A DNA stretch of 47,521 bases from Nemertoderma westbladi (lineage: Eukaryota; Animalia; Xenacoelomorpha): NCBI GenBank assembly GCA_032718475.1, contig JAUCBJ010008479.1:1-47521 (forward strand), written 5' to 3'. Shown here piece after piece: positions 24,446 to 36,200 of the stretch. The notes beneath the pieces are model-generated. The model made no database searches and was not told the origin of the DNA. It worked only from the letters and a program-made list of their open reading frames with translations. Position 1 is the first letter of the stretch. Every line of letters begins with the position of its first letter. Made by a program: the position numbers and the translations under genes.

Positions 24446-25108
24446 CCTGCCCCTTTCCCTCAATTAGTTAAATGATCGTTTATTGTTTTGGTTAGATAAT
24501 CCCGCCTCTGTAACCTGCTCCTTTCCCTCGATTGGTAATGTTATCGTTTATTGTTTTGGTTAGAAAATCCCGCCTCTGTAACCTGCTCCTTTCTCTCAAT
24601 TGGTAATGTTATCGTTTATTGTTTTGGGTAGAAAATCCCGTCTCTGTGACCTGCTCCTTTCCCTCAATTAGTTAAATGATCGTTTATTGATTTGGTTAGA
24701 AAATCCCGCCTCTGTAACCTGCCCCTTTCCCTCAATTAGTTAAATGATCGTTTATTGTTTTGGTTAGAAAATTCCGCCTCTGTAACCTGTCCCTTTCCCT
24801 CAATTAGTTAAATGATCGTTTATTGTGTTGGTTAGAAAATCCCGCCTCTGTAACCTGCTCCTTTCCCTCAATAAGTTAAGTGATCGTTTATTGTTTTGGT
24901 TAGAAAATTCCGCCTCTGTAACCTGTCCCTTTCCCTCAATTAGTTAAATGATCGTTTATTGTGTTGGTTAGAAAATCCCGCCTCTGTAACCTGCTCCTTT
25001 CCCTCAATAAGTTAAGTGATCGTTTATTGTTTTGGTTAGAAAATCCCGCCTCTGTAACCTGCTCCTTTCCCTCAATTAGTTAAGTGATCGTTTATTGTTT
25101 TGGTTAGA
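24446..25108 (+). repeat. 68-bp tandem array (~9.7 copies; first partial unit at 18915-18932)
   Basis: Unit CCTGCYCCTTTCCCTCAATTAGTTAAATGATCGTTTATTGTTTTGGTTAGAAAATCCCGCCTCTGTAA. Confidence 0.95.
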
Positions 25109-25660
25109 ATGATGGGTGAAATGCCAGATGTGTTGACGGCCATTAAACACCCTATTGAATGTCCAGGTTGCGTAACCCCATTTACCGATGAATCCCTTGT
25201 CCTTATAGATCGTTTGGGTGAACTTGAGGCTACTGTTGGTGAGCGGCATGCTGCTGCCTATGTAGCTGGTTATATCATTCGTGTAATTCCAGAGATAGAA
25301 GTATCCGGTAACACCATCCAGGCCGATAATGCATTTATCCAGACGCTATCTAGGGGTGGATTACAGCTGCCATCACATGAGTTGGTTTGGTGGGTAATGG
25401 CGTCTGCGACATGGGTAGATTCGGTACCTGATGGAACCATACTGTGCTACCGTCAATTAGCCCAGGTGGTCAAAACCATCGCTGTACAGTACGATATAAT
25501 ACCAGCGCCCCCCGCAGCTGCATGTACCACCCTTGCGAACACTCTGTTAAACGGAATGCAGAAACGCTCCAGCATGATGTGCTCTGAAAAGCGATCTTCC
25601 GAAGGTTACGGAACCAACAGGAAATTTCTCCGCATTGCCGGTCTGGATAAAGGACATTAA
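25109..25660 (+). pseudogene. P-element/THAP9-like transposase C-terminal remnant
   Basis: YVAGYIIR and FIQTLSRGGLQLPS motifs typical of P-type transposase C-termini; lies between P-type TIRs. Confidence 0.72.
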
Positions 25661-26989
25661 TCTTCTGTAGTGAAGATTGACTATTCGACTATCTATTAAT
25701 TTAATTGTAATTAATTTTGTTAATTCAATATGCCTACAGACACATGTCACATACTGTAATACAACTCAACCCAAATGCCCCTTTTAAGGGCCAATTGCTG
25801 TTGTTATTTTGAATCGAGTGTGTCTACCTACACTGCCGGCAATTTATACATATAAAAACCATTGCAGATTGAAATAGCAGCTGCTGGAAATAAATAAATT
25901 TTCTAATCGTTATTTAATATTCATTTTGCGTGTTAAAATTTATAATCTTAAATTGCAGATCATTAGAATGTCAACATTATTAAATCTGTACGGTAAAGCT
26001 TCAACCACTACGTGGCTCTCCCCACTAAGATGTTTAATTAATGTATTGGGCTGGGCTGGTGGCGAGAGTAGTGGGCGGTGCCGGTGGTGTCTGAATTTAT
26101 TATGCATAGTGCACGATCACGATTACTACCATACAGTATTATGGTATATGGACTATCACTGGTTTAGCAATAATTATATCAGCCTCAAACGTTAAAGCAG
26201 GCAGCGAGGCAGGTTTGAGGTAGCTAGGTTCGTCATAAACACATAAGAAGAATAAATAACAATTTATCTGTGAGAGAAAATTGAAAATTGAACAAATTGC
26301 ATCTATTTCGGAGCCATATTAGAAGGGAACTAATGGACCCCGCTAGCGGGGTCTGGATATTCAGTGTGCCAGTCCTGTAGTATAGCAGTCCTTGGTACTG
26401 GTATGTGTTGAGTGCAGTGAGCTGTAAATAATTGGCAGCCATCTGGAAATAGGCTGATAGGGCTGTAGGGCTGTAGGGAGCGTTTGAGTGGCATACTATA
26501 CTAGTCTGTTAGTAGGTCGGCTCTCTGATTGATCTCAGACAGTCAGAGTGGTTCTGTTTGGACACGATCTCGCTGGTAAATATCATATGGCTGGATTTTT
26601 GATTTAATTATATTATTTACAATAACTTCTCCAAGCTCTAAATCTATTTTACAAGCACGTCAAGCTCAAGGTGTAGAATTTGAAGCCGGTTATAACGGTA
26701 TAATGATTCTAATATTTCCTTGCCCAAATTTTATTGAGAGTGCCCGTTTAAATTTCAAAACTCCAATGATAAGCCACGGCCCACGGGGATTTCCACTTAA
26801 AAACTGCAGAATCCAGCCCCCATCTGGCTGTACAAAAGTCATGAACTGCGAACTGGCCACTGGCTGACTGTACCTTTCTGTACACCTAGCTCATTGTCAT
26901 TTAGGCGTATATTAAATCTTCATTCAGTTAATATCCATTGCTTCTCGTACCGGGAGGACCTGTACTCTTTAAGCGACAACAATCAGACA

Positions 26990-27998
26990 ATGGAACGGTT
27001 TACTTGTGAGTCGGGCAACGCACTGCTAATTACCAAATCTATGTTCGCGAACATCTGTTCGGAAAATGGTCCGTTTGTGCGGACGTTTCTCGAAGAATAC
27101 CTGGACGCGAACTCGAGTTTTCTGGACTATTATGTCGTTAATAAATGTACGGCAGGTCATATTACCGAGTGGCTGCTGCGTTCACTCACCTCTGGGTCTA
27201 ACAACGCCGCCACCACATCGGATTTGTCTAACAACACGACCCAATCACCGGACACTGTCCCGACTGCCGGGTACCACGAGACCAGTATGCCACAGTGTCC
27301 CTGTCCATTGACGGCATCGGCGTCGACACCTACGTACCACCACAATTACAATCCTGCGACAGGAAATCATCCGCAATCTCGATACTCGAATCAACCCACG
27401 CCACCTACCGAACCCTCCTCTATGCACCCTGTGGTGAGGTTACAACATCTCAACCAGACAGACCTCCCGGGAGAACAAAGACAAGTGGATCCCAAACTGA
27501 GTCCGATAGACACCAAACCAAACCTCATTGAATCTGAATCGAGTAATAATACAGCCAGTTCAACTTTATTATCATATAACAACATATCCTCCTATACCGG
27601 TACCCCCGCAGTTACCACAACCAACTCAAACTATTATTCTACCCAACCTTTATCAGCAGACCAGTCAGATGTTCCGGTAATCCTACGCATTAAGACGGAA
27701 GACGAACTGGAATATAAACCCGACCTAAACGAGGTTGGCGATGGCTTGGGCCATTTATTCTCCCCTATAGATGTAGCATATGGAACCAGTACAGACACTA
27801 ATGCTTCGACCACCCACTCAGCTCAGCAGAATCTCCTCCCGGACTCTAACTCCCTGTCTCCCAACACCGCTCATGGTCCCTTAACAGACACTAACTCTTC
27901 ACCAACCCTCACTACTCAGTCTCGAGACGACGTCAACTTTAACCTTCCTAACACCTACAACATCCAGTTGGCCCCCAAATCGACAGTTTCCAGTATCG
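26990..27998 (+). CDS. C2H2 zinc-finger gene, first coding exon (~65-aa globular N-terminus plus S/T/P/N-rich linker)
   Basis: ATG at 26990; open frame to the G/GTGAGT donor at 27999 (phase 1), which joins in frame to 30064. Confidence 0.7.
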
Positions 27999-28189
27999 GT
28001 GAGTTACTATTATTTGTATTCTAAACATCGTCTAGTCCGTTCCGTATTGCCCCCAAACTAGTCAGAGTAATTGTTTATTTATAGTGACAGTTATGATAGT
28101 TCTGAATTTAGTTTTTATTTTTTAGGGTTTTTATCTGGTTTAATTAAATTCAATCTAGACTGAAACCTTTCTCACCAAATAACAAATAT

Positions 28190-28322
28190 AAAATACGAAG
28201 CCTATTTCCAAAACTCGCCGAATTGCAAACAATACTCCACAATAGAGACATCCCATTTTTAGCTTTGTCAGAGAAATAGCTGGACTCTATTATCCAGATG
28301 AAGAAATACAAATACAAGGGAA
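28190..28322 (+). mobile_element. Relic of a LINE APE endonuclease N-terminus (CR1/L2 group), intronic
   Basis: RSLFPKLAELQTILHNRDIPFLALSE.(W>stop)LDS..DEEIQIQG. Confidence 0.6.
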
Positions 28323-28354
28323 TTCATTCTGCGTCGCACAAGCTATTGCGATTA

Positions 28355-28712
28355 CTCAGGAGTCCCGAATTGACGGGGCGAGGCGACACGGCTATTATTT
28401 TTTGGAAAAAAATCCACCCATAATTCTCTTATTCCAGACACCGGCTGTTAAGTTTTTCTTAAAAAATTTAGTACATTTTTTATTATGAGTAAATAAACGT
28501 TTATTCTCATAATAATTGAGATTTGAAAGTGAAAGAAAACAAAAACCGTGTGCCGAGTATACCACCGGTAGCCGTAGATACTACTGTACCTGTCCTGTAC
28601 GCCTGTTAAGTAAGTAGGCCTAAATTTTCCACCCACGACGTTTATTCCAGCCACCCCGACTATTGGCGTAATGAAATTTTTCCACCCACCCCGTCTATTC
28701 GGGACTCCAGAG
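28355..28712. mobile_element. TA-flanked MITE, intronic
   Basis: TIR CTCWGGAGTCCCGAATWGACGGGG (22/24 match), TA on both sides. Confidence 0.8.
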
Positions 28713-28839
28713 TATATATCTGAATCGCTGTCTTATAAATAGGTCCTAACTATTGTGTTTACCACTTCAAATGTTCCGTTTTTCCGAGACACTCCATAAT
28801 CACATTAATCAGTGCTGCAATATTTTCTAAGACCCCTTT

Positions 28840-29795
28840 GCACCATTCTTGTTCATTATTGTGGTTGACTATGTTCTACGCATGTCCTTAGATCATCATA
28901 ATGATGATGGGGTGATGATAACTCCACCTACTGGCTCCAGAAGTCGAGGAAATCCTGCCAAGTACCTAACTGATCTAGACTTTGCTGATGACTTAGGAGT
29001 TCTCTCAGAATCATTAGAGGGAGCCCAACGGCTCCTCAGCTCATTAGAACATGCTGCTTCTAGTGTTGGTCTTTTTATTAACTCCAGAAAGACCAAAATT
29101 TTGACAGTTAACTTTGAAAGTCCTCAGCAAGTCTCTGATCGGATGAGCATAAGCTCAAAGGATGGTATGCTTGAGCATGTGAACGACTTCTGTTACCTGG
29201 GATCATGGATCCGGAAGTCAGGTGAGGACCTTCGAATACGTAAGGGAAAGGCATGGGCAGCCTTGAATAGGTTTTCCAGGATTTGGAAGTCACCGAGAAT
29301 TAATCTGAAACTTAAGCTCCGATTATTTAGAGCAGCAGTAGTTCCAGTACTCCTCTATGGGAGTCCATGCTGGGCTCTAACTGCTGATGACACCAAATCT
29401 CTGGATGGTACATTCACAAGAATGCTACGCCGGGTTCATTGTGTCAAGTACAATGCACACATCTCCAACCAGACACTATATAACATTGGAATTGTCTCAT
29501 TGGTTTCCCCAAGCTTGACACTAGAACAAAATCGCCTCCGCTTTGCAGGACATTGCTTTCGCCGTGAGGACCAGCCAGTGCATAATCTTGTACTTTGGCA
29601 GCCTCATGGAGTGAATGAGCATGGTGGACAGCCTATGACTTTTTTGAGACGCATCTTAAGGACACTGGCCTTGAAGATGCGGATGATCTAGCAAATGTCA
29701 TGGGTGATAGGGAGTTGTGGCGGTGCAATTTTGTTGACAAGCCGGCACAGCATTCTTAAAAATGCAGCTGCAATGCAGCATGCCGATCCTAGTAG
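28840..29795 (+). mobile_element. 5'-truncated RTE LINE (partial RT), intronic
   Basis: APFLFIIVVDY, DLDFADDL, FCYLGS, RLRFAGHCFR; (TAG)n tail; 12-bp TSD TAAGACCCCTTT (28828-28839 / 29796-29807). Confidence 0.92.
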
Positions 29796-30063
29796 TAAGA
29801 CCCCTTTACAGGTTATAATATTTCAGTCATTATCAGTAATTAATGGTGCTTATTTTATATTTTATGTTTTTTTTAGTAATTAAAGTATCAAACCTCACAC
29901 GTATTAATTTACAATGTCGAAACGAAAATCGTATTTATTTACATATAAGAATTTAAAACTACAGTAATTAGCAAGTTCTATTGACTAATTATTGCATTAA
30001 TTACTTCAATTATTCTCGTTTCCAATATTCTACATTTTTAATCTACTCCATTATTTTCTATAG

Positions 30064-30725
30064 GCGGCCAATCACAACCATCCCCTGATGATTCAGACAT
30101 GCTCACTTCCGACGATGACGTAACACCCGGAAGTATGAGTAATTCCTTCGACCAACCTGGTCCCTCTGGGATTCAGCCGCAGGATATTGTGAAAAGGAGC
30201 CGCACCGTTGAGAAGCCGCTCAGCTGTGATACTTGTGATAAAGCGTTCGCAAAGAACAGCGACCTAATTAGACACCAACGGATCCACACCGGCGAGCGTC
30301 CTTACCAATGCGGCATCTGTAACAAACGATTCTCTCAACTAAGTACCCTAAAGTCACACAAACGTTCGCACAGTGGAGAGAAACCGTTTAACTGCAACCT
30401 GTGTGGGAAAAGTTTCTCTCGACTAGGCCATCTAACCCCGCATAAGCGGACGCATTCCGGAGAGCGTCCGTTCGTGTGCGACACGTGCGGGAAGGGATTT
30501 ACGGAGAACGGCAGTTTAACGTCCCACAAAAGAATTCACACGAAAGATCGACCGTACGTGTGCGATAAGTGCGGGAAGGGATTTAGAGAGAGCGGTTCTC
30601 TAACGGCCCACAAGCGAACACATACAGGTGAACGACCGTTTAGCTGCGATACATGCGGTAAATGTTTCACCCACCGATATCAAGTAAAGCGCCACAAATG
30701 TATCCGCAGTGGGGAGACTCGGTAA
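30064..30725 (+). CDS. C2H2 zinc-finger gene, last exon (5 C2H2 fingers plus 1 C2HC); spliced product ~556 aa
   Basis: TTTTCTATAG/G acceptor; TGERPY/SGEKPF linkers; AATAAA at 30882. Confidence 0.9.
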
Positions 30726-30970
30726 CTGTAATGTTTGTAAGAAACGTTTCTCTACTTCCATGTATATTGGTAGACACTATTGCTCCCTGGTTGCGGTTTA
30801 AACTAGTAAACTGTGTATGACGTTAGTTTTAGATTGAACTGCTATATGTCACTCAGTACTACAACTCTTGCTATAATGATTAATAAAGGTTGTCTAGGGA
30901 CTGGCCTAGCGGCCCGATAAGGAGCCGATATTGTATTTCATAAAAACTGTCAATTGGTTGCGGTTACCAA

Positions 30971-31442
30971 GTTACAAATCTGAGTTTCTGGTTATAAATC
31001 AGAGTTTCTGGTTATAAATCTGATATTCCTGTAACAATTTAGTGTTCTCGGTTACAAATCGAAGCACCTTGGTACGAATCTGTTCTCACAATTATGATAA
31101 TGATCATAGTTGTAAATTGGAGTACCTTGTTACAAATCTTAGTTTATGGTCGTGAATCTGACTTTCTGGTTTCGAATCTGAGTTACCATTAATGAATCTG
31201 AGAACCTGGTTACGAATTGGAGTTCCCAGTTACGAATCTCAGTACCTGGTTACAAATCTGTGTTCCCACGTAAAATCAGTGTTTGGTTACAAAGATGAGC
31301 ACCCAGTTACGAATTTATGTCTCTGGTTATGATTTGTAGTTACTGGTTACAGATCAGAGCACCCAGTTTTAAATCTGAGTTCCAGGTAATAAATTCAACT
31401 GCCCAGTTACAAATCTCTAAGTACTCAATTACAAATCTGAGT
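30971..31442 (+). repeat. Degenerate 20-bp tandem array
   Basis: Consensus about GTTACAAATCTGAGTTYCTG with a 20-nt period. Confidence 0.85.
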
Positions 31443-32497
31443 GTCAGTTAAACTTTTTATCAGCCAGCACTAACCCATACTAATACTGTAATTTGCACAT
31501 GTTGGGCATTTATACAAAAAATTTGCAACATGATAGTAAACAAAGTTAACAAACAATTACAATCTGTTCCTAATAATTATTTAATTAGTTAGGCCAACAT
31601 ATATCCTGTCTAAATCAAAATAATAATACCGAAATAAACCGTGATGCATTTTACTCCACCGTCAATTAATTTAAACAATGAAAAGGAACACGACAATCGT
31701 TTTTAATCTTCTTCTATAATATTTAACGTCCACGTCCGCTGTACAACGAATAGGTCATTAAATGACTTTATTATAATAAACCAAATTAAATATAAAGTTT
31801 AAAATTGAAAAAAAAATCACTCTACGGAGTGTTTCCCCCCCCCTGTTGGCCCCTGCTGGTTGTTTCCCCTTTCGAGGTGGATTGACCTCTAACTTCCCTT
31901 TGTGTGGCTTTGGGGTTGTGTTGTCCCCGGAGTTGGTTGTGACACGAGATTAGTTTTTGCTAATCTCGTATCTCCAACATATTGCTGAAAAGGTGCCACT
32001 TCCCATTTTATGAGGGCAATGCAGCGGATTTGAATCCGCTCACACTCCCCCCCCATGCTATCTTCCCGGTGAGAAGATAGCATCACCTATAAGTGCGCTT
32101 CAATTCCGCTGGAACCCGATCCACTATCGGGTGTGGGGTGGAGTTCTTTTCTTGGAGTCGGCTTTCCAGGCCGCTCCCTCTGGGTATGATATTACTACCC
32201 CTTCTTGGTGCAACCGCAACCTATGTTGCACCAAGATATCTGACGTCTCTGTTTGAGACAATTGTGGAATCCTCACACAATTTTAAAAACTATCTCACTC
32301 TGAACTCTAACTTCTCACTCTAACTCCACTCTGCTCGCCCCCCACATTCGAATTGCACTCCTCTCACTCTCTCTCATCCTGTCAACACCTCCTCTCCATA
32401 CTTCCCTGTGCTCCTCTCATACTTCCAAAGTGTCAAGTTCTTATGCTACCCCTCTCTGTGCTATCATTCTACCTACCTTGCTACTTACTTCTTACTT

Positions 32498-32600
32498 ACT
32501 ACTAACTCTAACTCTACTAACTCTACTAACTCTCTAACTCTACTAACTCTAACTCTACTAACTCTCTAACTCTACTAACTCTCTACGTAACTCTCTTAAC
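32498..32600 (+). repeat. CTCTAA/CTCTACTAA microsatellite
   Basis: Directly visible. Confidence 0.85.
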
Positions 32601-32891
32601 TACGTGGCGCTTTCGGTGCCCACAACCCCTCTACTCTCTTTCTACGTGGCGCTTTCGGTGCCCAGATTAGATTAGATTAGTTTATTGACATAATTAAGTT
32701 CCACAAGCGACTGATGAAAGAAAGTGACAGAAAAATACAAACAGGTAACATAACAATATATGTAAGGAAGACACAACATTGATATAAACAAATACAGTAC
32801 ATAAGCAGTAAGCAGTCATAAAAACAATAACAAGAACAATGTGACAAACTATAGCATGCAGCAGACCACTAGGGAACGAGAACAATATGTG

Positions 32892-33166
32892 TGTCGTGCA
32901 ATATATTATTTTATCCACTTAGGAGATCATACCTCACACTTACATTAATTGATTTACTGTGCAAACAATATGATACAAGTTACAGTACCACTTTATGTGC
33001 CAACATGTGTTCGACTCATACTATAATTAATTTGATATATGAAGTATTGAGGTGACGGGATTTGCGTAGATTAATTAACATTTATATTATCAAGAATATA
33101 GTAAAGTTTTACATTAAAAGATTATTTTCCATTACAACCAAGTAATTGGTTGATACATGTACGACA
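32892..33166 (+). repeat. 5' LTR of element 2
   Basis: TGTCGT...ACGACA. Confidence 0.97.
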
Positions 33167-33176
33167 TGGCGCCCGA
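33167..33176 (+). other. Primer-binding site, tRNA-Lys(UUU)-like
   Basis: TGGCGCCCGA matches the first 10 nt of the canonical Lys3 PBS. Confidence 0.75.
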
Positions 33177-33266
33177 TAAAAATTTATAATTGTAATTAAA
33201 TTGAGTAATTTATTACATTTGAGTAAGTTCACTGGTATTATTGAAACGGCATCATCATCATTCATC

Positions 33267-36200
33267 ATGGCAATGTCGGAAGAAAAGGAATTGCGTCAAC
33301 TACGTGGATCAAGGAAGGGCATTCGGTCGGCTACCACAATCTCCATCGACTCCATAGAGGACGACATTGGCACTCTCAACATTGAAAGTCGAACAAGTAA
33401 AATAGCGACACTCGAAAACTACAGAGAAAGACCAAACATTATTAACGAAAAGATTTGGTCACTGATGGAAGAGGACATTGTAGAAACTGACACTGAAGGT
33501 GCAGTGAAGTATGAGGTTAGACTATCTGACACTATCACTAAACTCAAACTCTCAATTTCCGGTGCTAATTATGCAGATTATCAGGGTACTGTAGTACAAA
33601 ATCAGTCTGAGATTAATGAAAATTTTGTACCGGTACAGCCAAGTAACGTTCCTACATTTCATAGTAGTAGTATAGTAGCACGTTCTGTCTTGCCAAAATT
33701 ACACCCACCAAAATTTAATGGTAACCCTCTCAATTATTGTGGCTGGAGGGATGCATTCCAATCAGCAATTCATGATTCTGGGCTTCCAGATGTGCTAAAA
33801 TTCCAACACTTAATACAAAGTTTAGAGGGACCAGCCAAATCAGTCGTAGCAGGACTTCCGGTAACAGGGGATAACTACAGTATAGCTATGGAATTATTAA
33901 AAGAGCAGTTTGGGCAGGAGAGTCGAATAATAAATTGTCACATTGAGCAGTTACGTAACATTTCACTTAGGTTAGGCAAAGCGAGCACCCTCCGACAAGT
34001 TTACGATACCTGCACATCAAATATAAGAGCATTGGAAGCATTGGGGGTTACAACAGTTGAGTACCAAAGAATAGTTATTCCAGATATTTTAAGGGTAATA
34101 TCAGTTGATATAACAAAACGGTTGTTAAGATTCACAGAAAACAAGGTTGATAATTTAGAGTGGGTAATGGCACAGCTGAAAATCCATTTAGCCACGGAAG
34201 ATGCTGTAGCGGAATTATCTCAAAGCAATAAAGCAGTTTATGGAAGTATTAATCAATCATATGCAATGCCAAGCGCATCAGCACTGGTTGTGTCGAATTC
34301 AGCAACTAATAAATATACAAATAACAACTACAGAGCAAACAATATGCAGCGTTTTGATACCCGAAACTCACGCCAGTCAGAGCAAACGGTATCAAACTTC
34401 TCCAGACCAGCATCAGCAGCAATGCCCCACTGCGTGTATTGCAAGCAAGGACACTACTCATCAACGTGTCACATAATAGCAGATGTTGAACAAAGGAGGA
34501 ATTTTTTAACTACAAACAATCGTTGTTATAAGTGCCTCGACAACTCTCATCAAATACGACATTGCAGAAGAAAGAAACCGTGTTACATATGTCACGCTCA
34601 CGGTCACCACACATCGATTTGTAAAAAAAACACCAAGCCAAATCCAACACATATCCAAGCACCAGTAGTTATTACAAACACTGAATCAACAGAACCAATT
34701 TCAGGATTACAAATGGTCATGCCACATTATGACGAAACAGATGGTGACGTTCTTTTACAAACAGCAGTTGTACGCTGTTTGCTTGCATCAAATCAGGAGT
34801 GCATCATTAACATATTATTTGATCCAGGCGCACAAATTACATTTATAACAAAACGGTTCGCGGATAAACATTATTTACCGTTGTGCGGTAAACAAGGTAG
34901 TGAGGTAGGAGGTTTTGGAGGTGTCAGCACAGAGCCAAATAATTACGATGTCACTCAGCTGACTTTAATTTTACGTGATGGTTCTACGAAGAATATTAAA
35001 GCATTAATAACACACAATATTTGCGCACCACTAAAGGCAGGGATTGGAAATAAAGCATGGAAAGAAACATGTACATTAGACTTACAAGCTTCGGAGTTGG
35101 CTGATCCTTCAATAAGTATTCCAAATAACGGAGGTGATTTCATTATCGATTTGTTGGTGGGAGCCGATCAGTATTGGAACTTGGTTTCCGGGTCAGTGTT
35201 GAGAGCAACTAACTCTGATCTTGTGGCACTGGATAGCGGAGTGGGTTGGTTGCTTTCGGGAAAAATTTCTTACAATACACATTTAAGTCATTCTAACCCA
35301 CACAACATTGGATCTTGTATGTCTATCATCACTAAGATTACAAACACAGATTCAGATACATTAGATGAAAATGAAAATGACGTAATTTTAAAATTACTGC
35401 AAGCATTCTGGACATTAGAAAGTATAGGTATAACTTCACCCAATGACTTTGATGACCCTAAGAATGTTTTAAAGGAAATAGTATTCATTAATGGAATGTA
35501 TTCCGTTTCATTACCATGGAAGTTAGCACCTAGCAGTTTGCAGGACCACTATTGTCTGTGTCTTAAACAACTAGCATCATTAATACACAGATTACAGAAG
35601 ATGGGCATTTTACAGAGATATCATGACGTCATAACGGATCATCTTTCCAAAGGCTATATCGAACCAGTAGATCATAGGGAACCAATAAGTAAGGATCAAG
35701 TAGCACATTACATTCCACATCATGGGGTGTTGAGAGAAACTCGATTAAGCACAAAATTAAGAGTTGTATTTAATGCATCAGCTAGAACATTTCCTACCGA
35801 CCTATCATTGAATGATTGTTTAGAATCTGGCTCGCATTTATTTCCAAATTTGTGTCATTCATTGCTACACTTCAGGCTTCACAGCATAGGAATCACTGCC
35901 GATATTGAACAAGCTTTCCTACGCTGCCAGATAAATAAAAATGATCAAAACTGTTTACGTTTTTTGTGGATTAAAAGCTGCTCAGGCATTGTTATTGAAG
36001 AAGCAAACATACAGGCATATCGATACACAAGGGCACTTTTTGGGCTCACTTGTTCACCTCATATTTTGGGAGGGATTGTAAAGCACCATTTGGACATTGA
36101 ATCAGAAAGAATGGATCTACAACAGAGTGAAAGGGATGCTATCGAGAAGTTGCGTGAGATTCATGTGGACGATTTATGTTCAGGAGCCAATTCGGTAGAA

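Larger units (their letters stand above)
18293..26394 (+). mobile_element. P-element-superfamily deletion derivative hosting nested insertions
   Basis: Perfect 67-bp TIRs (18293-18359 / 26328-26394; CAAGG...CCTTG), 8-bp TSD GTACTGGT, P/THAP9-like transposase C-terminus inside. Confidence 0.88.

Noticed and set aside
31984-32030. Hammerhead ribozyme core (CTGAAAAG)
   Set aside because: No correctly placed GAAA and stem II found by eye.
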